Positions 45,016-55,107 of a DNA stretch of 59,487 nt are shown here, in pieces (position 1 is the stretch's first letter; every line of letters starts with the position of its first letter). Under the pieces are notes generated by a model that saw nothing but the letters and a program-made list of their open reading frames with translations, was not told the origin of the DNA and searched no databases. Both the position numbers and the translations under genes were made by a program. Location of the stretch: positions 1-59,487 of IMG/VR virus record IMGVR_UViG_3300027896_005002; one strand, given 5' to 3'. The DNA comes from a virus.

Positions 45016-46899
45016 TTAACTAAAATTTTTTTCTAACAATCCAGAAACATATTTTAAATCTGTAGTTATTGTGCTTCCAGAATCTGTAAATACAGTTTCA
45101 ATAAAATTCAGATTCAAATCATATCTTAAAATTGACATTGTTTCTACATTATATATTAATAAACTATCACCTAATCCAATTGATAATCCATATAATGTCT
45201 TTGAAATAAAATCAGAATAATTAATAATTGTCAAATCTGAACCTTTAATAACAGCTTTTGCTAATCTTTCACCAGTATTCAAAAATATAGCTTGTTGATC
45301 ACTCATCATAACCATTCCTACATATCTTTTTGGCACTTTATCAAATGGTGCAACGATAAGTTGTTTTTCAACAGCTTGAGAAAATGGTGATCCGTTCTCT
45401 AATACACTGTATAAAGTATTTCTTATTCCACAAATTAAAATCTCATTAAAATCGAGCCCTCTACAAAACCAAAATGGTTTGAAATTAAAATTACTTAATT
45501 GACCAAAAAGATTATTAGAATAACCTTGATCAGTCAATGATGTTGATAATTTTTGTATACCAACATACATAAATAAATCTCTACCAGAAATTGTTACAAA
45601 ATTTATTCCCAATACATAAAGAAAGACATTTAATTCATCATAAAATATAGCACATGGTTTACCAATAGTATTACTCGTATTGTATTGATTTGAAAATCGT
45701 AAAAACTCATCCAATTTGATAACTCTTGAATTCTCATAATCACAAACATAAATTTGATTACCGACATCCATAGTAATATTTTGAGGAAAATTTAATCCTG
45801 TTAATCCACTACCGGGTGTCCCAAATATTCCAAAAAAAGCATTATCATATATTGCAGGTACAGGATTTGTCGTATCAAATCGTTTTACTACATGCTTTTT
45901 AGTTTGTTGTACAATAAATAATTTATTTCCAGTAAGAGGTACTGGTGTATAAACACCATTAAGAGCGCCTATTGTTGTTATGCCTAATGTACGGACATCA
46001 CCATTAAAATCATCAATAGGAACATCATTATCAATATTATGACCAATTGCATTAAAAAAACATGGACTATTATCAATTGGATTAAATAATGCTGCTGCTG
46101 GATTTTCAAGTAAAGGATTTAAAAATCTCAAATTATGAGAACCAATATATGCACTGACATTACTAAAATCAGTTCCTCCATGTGGCGCAAAAGTAATGTT
46201 ATAATCAATTGACAATCCACCACCACCAACATTACCATCAGAATTAATACATGTATCATTTTGGCTCGAAAATATATTATTTAATATTTTACCTTGATGA
46301 ATATTAATTAAATTTATACCAGTTTGACCAGTATATAGAGTATTACTAACTATAACAATATTCGTGACGCCTGAACCTTCTCGTGTTTCTATAAAATTCG
46401 TTAATGCATCAAATTGTCCAGTATTAGTAAAAATACTATTAATTACTTTTAATGAAATAGAGCCTTGTGAATATCGATCGAGTACAGATGCATGATCAAA
46501 ATAACATTGTTCTACAAAAATTGATGTTTGATGATATGCAGCAATTACATTAGTATAATAACCGGCACCAGTAATTTTAAGTTGATATAAATAGACAGAC
46601 CCTGGTGATCCAGATCTATCAAAAGCAATAGATACTAATTCAGTATCATCTCGTAATGGAATATGCCATGTCGGTTTATTTATATTACTTGGCCATGATT
46701 GTATAGTTAATGAAAATGGAACTAATAAAAAATTACCTAATTCAGGTTCCATAATAATACCATTGTCTACTACATCAATTGTATCATCATTTGCAAGTCC
46801 TGGTATTCCTGCTATAAGACCAGTCAAAGAATGATATCCTTCATTAGGAATTAAACCTGTTTGCGTTGTAGACCCAGCATTCAAAAAATAAGTTGTCAT
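45016..46899 (-). CDS. Fibre or tailspike-like protein: N-terminal right-handed beta-helix-like region followed by NHL-repeat region
   Basis: Seen in sequence: N/I/T-rich ~22-aa rungs (TNIVIVSNTLYTGQTGINLINIHQGKILNNIFSS), then LFIVQQTKKHVVKRFD...FGIFGTPGSGLTGLNFPQNITMDVGNQIYVCDYENSRVIKL. Confidence 0.5.
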   Translation of the reverse strand: MTTYFLNAGSTTQTGLIPNEGYHSLTGLIAGIPGLANDDTIDVVDNGIIMEPELGNFLLVPFSLTIQSWPSNINKPTWHIPLRDDTELVSIAFDRSGSPGSVYLYQLKITGAGYYTNVIAAYHQTSIFVEQCYFDHASVLDRYSQGSISLKVINSIFTNTGQFDALTNFIETREGSGVTNIVIVSNTLYTGQTGINLINIHQGKILNNIFSSQNDTCINSDGNVGGGGLSIDYNITFAPHGGTDFSNVSAYIGSHNLRFLNPLLENPAAALFNPIDNSPCFFNAIGHNIDNDVPIDDFNGDVRTLGITTIGALNGVYTPVPLTGNKLFIVQQTKKHVVKRFDTTNPVPAIYDNAFFGIFGTPGSGLTGLNFPQNITMDVGNQIYVCDYENSRVIKLDEFLRFSNQYNTSNTIGKPCAIFYDELNVFLYVLGINFVTISGRDLFMYVGIQKLSTSLTDQGYSNNLFGQLSNFNFKPFWFCRGLDFNEILICGIRNTLYSVLENGSPFSQAVEKQLIVAPFDKVPKRYVGMVMMSDQQAIFLNTGERLAKAVIKGSDLTIINYSDFISKTLYGLSIGLGDSLLIYNVETMSILRYDLNLNFIETVFTDSGSTITTDLKYVSGLLEKNFS

Positions 46900-46907
46900 T
46901 TTATTCC

Positions 46908-49493
46908 TTATAAAGTATTGGTTTCTGCTATGTCTTCAACATCATAAGCATCAGTACCAATAGTTCCATCAGTATTTGAATAAACAATATTAACAAAATT
47001 TAAATTTGTATCATATTTTACTATTTTTTGTTTATCAGCATCATAAAGCATGAGTGTTTCATCTAGTTCACTTAATTTTAATCCTATTAATGTCTTTGTT
47101 ATAAAATTTGTGCGACCAATACGTTCAAATGATGAATTAACTTTTATAACACTTTTACCATCATTAAGATATAAAAATCCTTCATCAGAAACAATACCTT
47201 TATATAAAACTTGAGATTCACCAACATCACATATTATATTTTTTCTAACAAATAATGAAAAACTATTATCAGATTCTACAGTTTGATACAATGCTAAATT
47301 TACACCAGATATTAAAATACTATTAGCATCAAATCCCAAACATATACCGGTTGGATAATGTATTACATCACCAGGATTATTTAAATTTCCACTAACTTTT
47401 AAACTACTTAATGATGTAGATAACTTTTCTATTCTAATTTGATATGCATAATTAGATGTAAAAAAAACACCGACAACATATAATGAATTATTATTGTCAT
47501 CATACATAATTACCACTGGATTGCCAATTGTAGAAATTGTACTATATTTACTAACAAAATTTAATGTAGAATTTAATTTAACAATTCTATTATTAACTGT
47601 GTCACATACATAAATATTATTATCACCATCAATTGTAATACCATTTGGATAATTTAACATTGAATCTGTCGTTCCAGGCGTTTGATATACTCCAAATTCA
47701 TGTCCATCATATATTGCAGGTATTATAGAAGAATCTAAACTCTTTATAATATGACGTTTTGTTCGTTGTGTTAAATACATTTTAATAGTTGGTAAAACTG
47801 TAAAATCTACTGCACCTATTCCTATACGAACAGAATTCCATAAGCCTTGTTCATATTCTGTATAAGGAGGATTTCCGGGTTGTGTAGGTGTCAATGTTCC
47901 CACTGCTAATATAGAATTAGAAAAATTTGATCTACTACCATCCCATATAGGAGGAGGAGGTTGAATCCATCCAACTTGACAGTTAGTTAAAGTAGGTCTT
48001 ACAAGAGGCGCTACAGACATTGCACTATTTTTAAATATACCATCATCGACGTTTGCAGTTGATCCAAGTAAACAATCTATAAAAGTTGATTGCTTGTTAA
48101 AATAGACTGCACCAATACCAATTCTATTTGATCCCCATAAACCTTTTTCATATCCTACATAAGGTGCAATTCCGGGTTGTGGGGGACTTTCAGTACCCAA
48201 AGAAAGTATAGAATTATAAAATCCCTGTTTATCACCATCCCATTGCGGAACGGTAGGTTGAGTCCATCCTACTTGACATTCATCTACTAATCCACCTATT
48301 TGAGGAGTGTCAGCCATAGCACATCTTACAAAATTACCATTGTCAACATCTACAACAGATCCAAGTAAGCAATCTACAAACACTGATGGTGCTAAAACAT
48401 TTATATATCTATTCTTTAAAAGTTCAACATATCTCACTCTTAACATCACATTAAATTTTCCTGAATTATAATAATCGTGAGAAGGATTCTCGTCTGCTGA
48501 ATGACCTCCATCACCAAAATCCCAATAATAATCTAAAGAAAAACCCAATGGATTAGACACAATATGTAAAAAATCTACATGAAGCGGGTGAAATCCTACT
48601 CTGGGAGACGCAGAAAAATCACTCTGCACCATCACCATCCATGACCTTCCTAATAAAACATCTAAAAACTTATTTGACGGTGATGCATTGACGTCAGAAA
48701 TGCCAACCTTTACAAAGATACTCAAATCAAAGTTCCATATATACAAATCTGTCCCTACTCCTACATACAATATTCCATAATCATTATCTAAATATATGCT
48801 ATTAATGTTTCCTGGAATAGACCCTAAAGTAGAAGTTACTCCATTATACATATATAAGATAGTGTTTCCTGAACCATCGGGAGCATAAAAATATACTATC
48901 TCTCCTGTAGTTGTATATCCACCTACTCCTCTTCCCACATAATCAGTTTCCACAAACTCACTGGTTAATGAGTTCCATTTCGCAAAATATCCTATATCTG
49001 GATTAGATATTCTAGTTCCACAAGCATACATATTAGAAGGCGTATTAAAAATTTTAATGCTTTGTATTTCATAAGGAAAAGAAAAAAGTTGAACAGAATC
49101 AGTCATATCAAAAAAACCATAAAAATTAGCGGTATAAATATGACCGTTAAAATACGTTATAGATTCATACCCGCCTGTATAGAATGGAATACCTCTCCAA
49201 GCCAACCATCCTTCCTCTTCAGTCCAAGTATGTACAGCATTAAAAGTCCCACATATATATATTTTTGTTCCATCTGTAGTTAAATCAAGAAAGGCATCAA
49301 TTGAACCCGACATTTGAGAAGATGCAAACCAATTAAAAAGATCCGAAGTATAATACAATATTTGCCCTGTATATCCAAAATCACCTCGATTCATGGCAAA
49401 TATCTTGCCTCCACAAATAGCATATCTACTATCTCCCCCAGAAGCAAGAAGATGAATTAATATTTGATTATAATTAAAATCAGGTGCTGACAT
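46908..49493 (-). CDS. Fibre protein: beta-propeller, PKD domain, two ~95-aa Cys-containing tandem modules, NHL-repeat region
   Basis: Seen in sequence: PKD motif YYWDFGDGGHSADENPSHDY. Tandem modules FVDCLLGSVVDVDNGNF...CQVGWTQP...GLWGSNRIGIGAV and FIDCLLGSTANVDDGIF...CQVGWIQP...GLWNSVRIGIGAV. YLTQRTKRHIIKSLD...NNIYVCDTVNNRIVKL. Confidence 0.55.
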   Translation of the reverse strand: MSAPDFNYNQILIHLLASGGDSRYAICGGKIFAMNRGDFGYTGQILYYTSDLFNWFASSQMSGSIDAFLDLTTDGTKIYICGTFNAVHTWTEEEGWLAWRGIPFYTGGYESITYFNGHIYTANFYGFFDMTDSVQLFSFPYEIQSIKIFNTPSNMYACGTRISNPDIGYFAKWNSLTSEFVETDYVGRGVGGYTTTGEIVYFYAPDGSGNTILYMYNGVTSTLGSIPGNINSIYLDNDYGILYVGVGTDLYIWNFDLSIFVKVGISDVNASPSNKFLDVLLGRSWMVMVQSDFSASPRVGFHPLHVDFLHIVSNPLGFSLDYYWDFGDGGHSADENPSHDYYNSGKFNVMLRVRYVELLKNRYINVLAPSVFVDCLLGSVVDVDNGNFVRCAMADTPQIGGLVDECQVGWTQPTVPQWDGDKQGFYNSILSLGTESPPQPGIAPYVGYEKGLWGSNRIGIGAVYFNKQSTFIDCLLGSTANVDDGIFKNSAMSVAPLVRPTLTNCQVGWIQPPPPIWDGSRSNFSNSILAVGTLTPTQPGNPPYTEYEQGLWNSVRIGIGAVDFTVLPTIKMYLTQRTKRHIIKSLDSSIIPAIYDGHEFGVYQTPGTTDSMLNYPNGITIDGDNNIYVCDTVNNRIVKLNSTLNFVSKYSTISTIGNPVVIMYDDNNNSLYVVGVFFTSNYAYQIRIEKLSTSLSSLKVSGNLNNPGDVIHYPTGICLGFDANSILISGVNLALYQTVESDNSFSLFVRKNIICDVGESQVLYKGIVSDEGFLYLNDGKSVIKVNSSFERIGRTNFITKTLIGLKLSELDETLMLYDADKQKIVKYDTNLNFVNIVYSNTDGTIGTDAYDVEDIAETNTL

Positions 49494-51437
49494 TTATTCC
49501 TCTGTAATATAAAGATGTCCATAAACAGTTAATCCTTTTCCCACTATTCCACTAACATCTATATTAGTAGCTATCAATACTACATCCTTACATTCATACA
49601 TTCTATGTATATCTCCTCTTGTATATAGTATAGCATCTTTTATCCTTGAATCAGTGTTATCAAAAGTATCTTCAGGCACCAAACGTAAGTCCCCGACACC
49701 TATATTCCCTATTCTCCAATTTCCATTTATATCTGGCATTTGACTTTGCCAGTGATTACTATAAATTCCAAGTATCTCTTCTACATCCGTATTTAACGTT
49801 CTTATTCCTTTAATACTAAAATAATTTTCTATCTGATTAGAAGAAGAATATACCTTTAACTCATCATATGTAAATTGATCATTAAATGTTCCTAAATGTC
49901 CCGATCCTGTATAAGAATTATCTATTGTTGCATAAAGACATGTAAAATTAAATAATGTTTCAACAATATTACTTGGTATATAATTAGTCTTATATGCTTT
50001 TGCACGAAGTGTTACTCCATCTAAAGCTATATAGAAAGGATTTACATAAAGTAAAGAAGAAGGAGAAGGTTCTGTACCATCAAGAGTATATCTTATAGAA
50101 ACCCCAGGAGTAGAACATGATAATCTTACCAAAACTGGATTTGTAAAACTCCCTCCATTAGGATCAATTATAGGATCTTCACAAAATGGCGTTTGTGCAT
50201 CTATATAAGCAATTTTTGTATTTTCAACTATTCCCCATCCAGATATAGTAGCTCTTAGTACTACTGTATAAGTGTTAATCGCTGTATAAATATGAGATGG
50301 ATTTTGAGTACTGCCATGAGATGATCCATCTCCAAAATCCCAATCCCATACTGTTATCCTATCTGAAGGTTGGGTAAGGTCTGTAAAATTAACTGTCAAC
50401 GGAATGGGTCCTGAAACAGGGTCTCCACTAAAATCAGCTGCAGGTTCTAATACAGAAATATAATTTATTTTTATCTTAGAATGCGGCCCAGATTCATCTG
50501 TAACTATAAGTGATATAGTATACTGGTTTGGTACATTATATAAATGCGGCGGAGGGGTCTGTAAAGAACTATGCAATGATCCGTCTCCAAAATCCCAATC
50601 CCAACTTATTGGACTTGGCCATGTAGATAAATCAGTAAATTGTACAGTAGAACCTGCATACAATGATGTCGGGGTACCTGAAAAATCAGTTCTTATTGTA
50701 CTTTCATATTCAAAAATGTCCTCCTGTTGAGAATTTGCATAAAGAACTTCGGTTGGCGTAACACACATACCTAACCAATTATGGAATGGTTGTCCCAAAG
50801 CAACAAAATCTCCAATACCCGCTGTTCGTTTATAAACATCTCCTGCATAATCACTTATATAGACATCCCCATTAGAAAGATCAGATGCTATACCATAATA
50901 CCATAAAGGATGTCCATCTCGTATAAAAGGTAAACCCAGTGGAATAAAATCTCCAATACCCCCAGCTTGTACAAAAATATCATCTTCCCAAGAAGCTGCA
51001 TAAATATCACCATTTAAGGCGGAACCCATGCCTCTCCAAGCTCTCGTAGTCTGAGTCTGTTCTATCCAATCAACTCCAACTTGTTTAAATATTTTCCAAT
51101 CATTTATTGCTAAATATATATCACCATTAGGTGCGACTGTTACTGCAAATGCACCGCTATCTGAGTCTACATATATAAAATCACCAATACCTCCACTCCT
51201 TTTAAACAAACCATCACCATAGGACACTACATAAATATCCCCGGTATTCGGATTAGCAGCCATATTTGTCCAATTTAATTGTTGTTGATTTAAAGCAATA
51301 AAGTCACCGGATCCTCCTGCTTGTATATAAATATCTCCACCATTACCAATGCAAGCATAAACGTCACCATTAGGCGCAGCGGTCATCCCAGACCATCCTA
51401 AGGCTCCTTGATTTAATGCTACAAATTCATAAGGCAC
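49494..51437 (-). CDS. Fibre protein: ~40-aa beta-propeller-type repeats (GDIY...GG.GDF), two PKD domains, chitobiase-C/Fn3-like domain
   Basis: Seen in sequence: repeats GDVYACIGNGGDIYIQAGGSGDFIAL, GDIYVVSYGDGLFKRSGGIGDFIYV, GDIYAASWEDDIFVQAGGIGDFIPL. PKD motifs WDWDFGDGSLHSS and WDWDFGDGSSHGSTQNPSHIY. SIRYTLDGTEPSPSSLLY. GTG start at 51437 preceded by AGAGGT. Confidence 0.55.
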   Translation of the reverse strand: MPYEFVALNQGALGWSGMTAAPNGDVYACIGNGGDIYIQAGGSGDFIALNQQQLNWTNMAANPNTGDIYVVSYGDGLFKRSGGIGDFIYVDSDSGAFAVTVAPNGDIYLAINDWKIFKQVGVDWIEQTQTTRAWRGMGSALNGDIYAASWEDDIFVQAGGIGDFIPLGLPFIRDGHPLWYYGIASDLSNGDVYISDYAGDVYKRTAGIGDFVALGQPFHNWLGMCVTPTEVLYANSQQEDIFEYESTIRTDFSGTPTSLYAGSTVQFTDLSTWPSPISWDWDFGDGSLHSSLQTPPPHLYNVPNQYTISLIVTDESGPHSKIKINYISVLEPAADFSGDPVSGPIPLTVNFTDLTQPSDRITVWDWDFGDGSSHGSTQNPSHIYTAINTYTVVLRATISGWGIVENTKIAYIDAQTPFCEDPIIDPNGGSFTNPVLVRLSCSTPGVSIRYTLDGTEPSPSSLLYVNPFYIALDGVTLRAKAYKTNYIPSNIVETLFNFTCLYATIDNSYTGSGHLGTFNDQFTYDELKVYSSSNQIENYFSIKGIRTLNTDVEEILGIYSNHWQSQMPDINGNWRIGNIGVGDLRLVPEDTFDNTDSRIKDAILYTRGDIHRMYECKDVVLIATNIDVSGIVGKGLTVYGHLYITEE

Positions 51438-51594
51438 TGTAACCTCTATTCTGTTTAATTATTCTTTAAACATTATGTATTTTTATTATACAATATAAAA
51501 CTCATTTATATCATCTCATATAAATTCATTATAAAGATCACTGTTTTCGCACTTATTATCCAAATTAAAAACTACTTTTATATATCATTTGCTT

Positions 51595-52818
51595 TTAAAC
51601 AGAAACAGTTTTTCTACTTTTATTTGATATCTCAATATTTTTCTTTAAAGAATCTTTAATATTTTCATTATCACTATTTCTATATTTTATCCTTAAATTA
51701 TCATCATGATCAATATGAATTAATGAAGTGAAAGCAAATGAATGTTCATACAATCCAATATCAATAAACTTATGAAAAATATCTTCATCTTCATATCCAT
51801 ATCCATTCATCGACTCATTGAACCCATTTACCCTTTTAAAATTTGATAATTCAACAAAAAATGTACCTAACGTATGTCTATCATTAGGCAACCCTCCTCT
51901 AAAAAAACAATTTTTTACTTCAAAAATATTTAAATTACTTGCAATTTTTACATCTGAATCTATAAACATTACATACTTTGTAGTAACAAATTTAGCTCCA
52001 AAATTTCTTGATTTAGATCCATGAAATTCTTTTTGTCCATCTACTCGTATAATTTTTACCAATTTATTGAGCTCTTCAATTTCTTGCAAATTTATATCAC
52101 TAGACCAATCAACGACAATAATATTAGTAAAACCATAATTTAACCATGATTTATAACTCTGTAACAGGAAACTTTCTCGATTCATGCACACAGTAACTAA
52201 AGTAACATCATCATTATTAAAATTAAAATTAATTTTTGGATAATTAGATAAAAATTCATGACCTTCAAATTTAACTAAAATTTTATTATTATCTTGTCTA
52301 GTAAAACAAATATCTTGATTTGAAATTTGCTGCCATAATCCTGCAATATTATTTAATGTTAAACCAATAGCAAGATGTTTAAAATATCCTTCAGGTATTA
52401 TTTGAAATCTATGCTTATACTTAGCTAATAAACTAGACATGTGTCGTTTATCAAAAACAGAAAAATTATTTATAATTTCATACACTAATTCACGATCATT
52501 ATGACTTATATACATAACACATTCATAAGGACCTTTAAATAAATAGGATAACTCAGGATTAAAATCAAACCATTTAGTAATAATTATGTCAGAATCCATC
52601 CATATAGAATCAGGATTATCCCTCAAATATTGTAGTCGAAATAAAGAACTAGCAAATCGAATGTCTGAAAATTTAGACAAATCAAAATTTTGTGGAAACT
52701 TAGTAATTAATTTATATTGAACATTCTGTGGTTTATCATTTTTAATTTTATCCATGAAAAATTTGTAACATTCTGGAATTTTATCACTATTGAAAAACTG
52801 TACAATCTTCATGTTCAT
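51595..52818 (-). CDS. Two-domain glycosyltransferase (N-terminal DXD sugar-binding GT32-like domain; C-terminal GT2/GT7-like domain)
   Basis: Seen in sequence: ASSLFRLQYLRDNPDSIWMDSDIII matches the Gly_transf_sug pattern (R.L.yL...GG/ds.yiDtD). C-terminal VTLVTVCMNRES...NIIVVDWSSD...VMFIDSDV...GYGYEDEDIFHK is GT2/beta-4-GalT-like. Confidence 0.6.
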   Translation of the reverse strand: MNMKIVQFFNSDKIPECYKFFMDKIKNDKPQNVQYKLITKFPQNFDLSKFSDIRFASSLFRLQYLRDNPDSIWMDSDIIITKWFDFNPELSYLFKGPYECVMYISHNDRELVYEIINNFSVFDKRHMSSLLAKYKHRFQIIPEGYFKHLAIGLTLNNIAGLWQQISNQDICFTRQDNNKILVKFEGHEFLSNYPKINFNFNNDDVTLVTVCMNRESFLLQSYKSWLNYGFTNIIVVDWSSDINLQEIEELNKLVKIIRVDGQKEFHGSKSRNFGAKFVTTKYVMFIDSDVKIASNLNIFEVKNCFFRGGLPNDRHTLGTFFVELSNFKRVNGFNESMNGYGYEDEDIFHKFIDIGLYEHSFAFTSLIHIDHDDNLRIKYRNSDNENIKDSLKKNIEISNKSRKTVSV

Positions 52819-52832
52819 TTATTCCAAATTGA

Positions 52833-54128
52833 TTATGCTGGAAAATTTGATTGATCATACCATACCCAATAAGAGATATATGCTGTATCAGTCCAATTAT
52901 TATACAGTCCTACTTTAACCGAATCAATTGCTGGATCATGATAAATAGCAGGATCACTATGTTTTGCATCTAGCATATATACATTTAATGTTCCAGGATT
53001 TGTTCTACTAGATGCTGAAAGATGTACCGGATCAGCATTATAAATAAAAGTAATAACTACATTACCATATTGATTATTAGTAAAATGAAAAAAACCAGAA
53101 ACCATATTTGTTAATGGTTCATCACCTGGTAAATAAGCTGTAATAAAACCAAAACCAACAAGACTTCGACTACCAGTACCTTCTGTAAAAATAATTGGTA
53201 AATCTTCTTGCTCTGCCAAATATATTCTATCAGCCTTAAAATGCGCTCCAACTGATGTAGGCGGGTCAGGATGACCAACAGGATCACCACCATAAAGAGT
53301 TTTATTTGCTACACTATACCAAATACTATTTACGGCATCATTACCTGTATCATAAATAGCAGTATATGGCGAATTAATAATTACTCTTGCTGGACTTATT
53401 GGCCATAAATTAATATCTGTAGAACAATAAATTCCAGTACTAGCACCAGCCCCGCTATTATCACCAATACTTAAAAAATTAAAAGTTGATTCATTAACAT
53501 AATTAAAAATAACAGAAAATATACCAGGATCTAAAAATGTTGCAAGAACAGATCCTATATATGTTGCAAATCCTACACCATTAACTATCATTGTACTATA
53601 AAAACTTGAGTCTATCGCTACATAAGGAACAAAACTTATAACGGCAGTACTATCTTCAATTTCAAATTTTGACACTAATGGTGCATTTCCAATACCAACA
53701 TTAGTTCCATCAGTTTTTACTGGCGATGAAGCTATAGAACTTGCACTAGTAAATTTCGCCAAATAACCGGATGATCCTGATCCAGCAAATGCTCCTGAAA
53801 TACCTGAATAACCACTAATTCCTTGCGTACCTGGTGGTCCTTGTATTCCTTGTGAACCAATATGCCCTGAATAACCTGAATAACCTGAATAACCTGAATA
53901 ACCAGATATACCTTGAGCACCAGAATATCCAGAAAAACCAAGACCTGAATATCCTGAAAATCCAGTGACAAAATGATTGCCATCTTTGTCTTTCATAACA
54001 ACATGATGAGTATCATTTGCAATTCCAGCTTGACATGGATCTAAATTTGCAATTAAATCTACTTCAGTATTATTTATCCATGTTATATGTTTTGGCACTG
54101 AATTAGGTTCATTATATTGATTACCCAT
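52833..54128 (-). CDS. Collagen-like GYSG-repeat fibre protein with C-terminal globular domain (431 aa)
   Basis: Seen in sequence: GFSGYSGLGFSGYSGAQGISGYSGYSGYSGYSGHIGSQGIQGPPGTQGISGYSGISG. Strong AAAGGAGA Shine-Dalgarno. Confidence 0.65.
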   Translation of the reverse strand: MGNQYNEPNSVPKHITWINNTEVDLIANLDPCQAGIANDTHHVVMKDKDGNHFVTGFSGYSGLGFSGYSGAQGISGYSGYSGYSGYSGHIGSQGIQGPPGTQGISGYSGISGAFAGSGSSGYLAKFTSASSIASSPVKTDGTNVGIGNAPLVSKFEIEDSTAVISFVPYVAIDSSFYSTMIVNGVGFATYIGSVLATFLDPGIFSVIFNYVNESTFNFLSIGDNSGAGASTGIYCSTDINLWPISPARVIINSPYTAIYDTGNDAVNSIWYSVANKTLYGGDPVGHPDPPTSVGAHFKADRIYLAEQEDLPIIFTEGTGSRSLVGFGFITAYLPGDEPLTNMVSGFFHFTNNQYGNVVITFIYNADPVHLSASSRTNPGTLNVYMLDAKHSDPAIYHDPAIDSVKVGLYNNWTDTAYISYWVWYDQSNFPA

Positions 54129-54137
54129 ACATCTCCT

Positions 54138-55088
54138 TTACGGAAAAAATTCAACAAAATCTGAAATATCATATGCATCAGTTGCTATTAACCCATCATT
54201 AGGATATGAATATACATCATCTATATATGTTAACTCTGAATCAAATCGCATAATTTTTCTTTTATTTGCATCATATGTCAACAATTGACCGGTCATTCTA
54301 TTTTCAGTTAATCCTAATAATGACCTGGAAATATTCTGCGTGTTGCCAATTTTATTAAAAGTGCTATCAACTCTAATTAATTTTTGCCCATTATTAAAAT
54401 AATAATCATCATTGGAATGTTTAATCACTTTATTGTAATTTGTATCAGTAAATGTACTATAAATTGTTCCTTTAGTAGTCTCACCATGGATTACCTGTCG
54501 AACTAAAGGTGAAAATGTTTGTGTTGCAAAATAATAATTTGTAATATAAATATATTCATCTATTCCAGTAATAAAATATTGAATATATACAGTTTCAAAA
54601 TCAGGTGTAGGTGATACAAAATAAAAACCTGTAGGCTTACAATTATTATTCTTTAAAGTATATAAAACATCACTCACAACAGGATCTGTTAAACTATTTG
54701 CTGATAATTTTATTATTCTAAGATTTAATTTAGAATCAACTACAATTACAAATATATTATCTTGCAGCATAGTAACTCGCCATTCATAACTTATTGCATA
54801 GGGATAACCATAATTCTCTGTTAAATATGATGCAACAAAAAATCCTTCTGGAAAAAAACTATCAAGTAAAAGTACTCTTTTATTACCAGTATCAGAGATA
54901 TAAAAATTAGTATTCGACAAACTAACATCTGAAATACATTGGGGACAATTCAATTTTGTGAGGGAATTTCCTGGAATACCAAATACACCAAATTCAATAC
55001 CATTATACACTGCAGGATCAACAGTAGCATCCAGACTTTTCAAAATATGACGTTTTGACCTTTGCGTCAAATAAATTGTTCTCGACAT
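54138..55088 (-). CDS. NHL-repeat fibre protein, paralog family member (316 aa)
   Basis: Seen in sequence: MSRTIYLTQRSKRHILKSLD...FGVFGIPGNSLTKLNCPQCISDV...DTGNKRVLLL; C-terminal FNNGQKLIRVDSTFNKIGNTQ...LLTYDANKRKIMRFD. Confidence 0.5.
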   Translation of the reverse strand: MSRTIYLTQRSKRHILKSLDATVDPAVYNGIEFGVFGIPGNSLTKLNCPQCISDVSLSNTNFYISDTGNKRVLLLDSFFPEGFFVASYLTENYGYPYAISYEWRVTMLQDNIFVIVVDSKLNLRIIKLSANSLTDPVVSDVLYTLKNNNCKPTGFYFVSPTPDFETVYIQYFITGIDEYIYITNYYFATQTFSPLVRQVIHGETTKGTIYSTFTDTNYNKVIKHSNDDYYFNNGQKLIRVDSTFNKIGNTQNISRSLLGLTENRMTGQLLTYDANKRKIMRFDSELTYIDDVYSYPNDGLIATDAYDISDFVEFFP

Positions 55089-55107
55089 ATAACTTTGTCT
55101 CCATAAA

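Noticed and set aside
8255-49283. Plus-strand ORFs of 60-198 aa scattered through minus-strand genes (for example 8255..8479, 10935..11159, 12363..12656, 19627..19855, 20912..21835, 23549..24256, 25789..26301, 27827..28183, 28535..29803, 33211..33408, 35239..35516, 35954..36958, 38322..39332, 40715..40900, 44232..44429, 49062..49283, 51818..52024, 55271..55516, 57457..58437)
   Set aside because: All are antisense to well-supported minus-strand genes. They lack Shine-Dalgarno sequences and have low-complexity products such as the Ser-rich antisense reading of the acidic scaffold.
53111-53983. Two minus-strand alt-frame ORFs (53111..53293, 53732..53983) inside 52833..54128
   Set aside because: They are internal alternative-frame artefacts of the collagen-like repeat gene.
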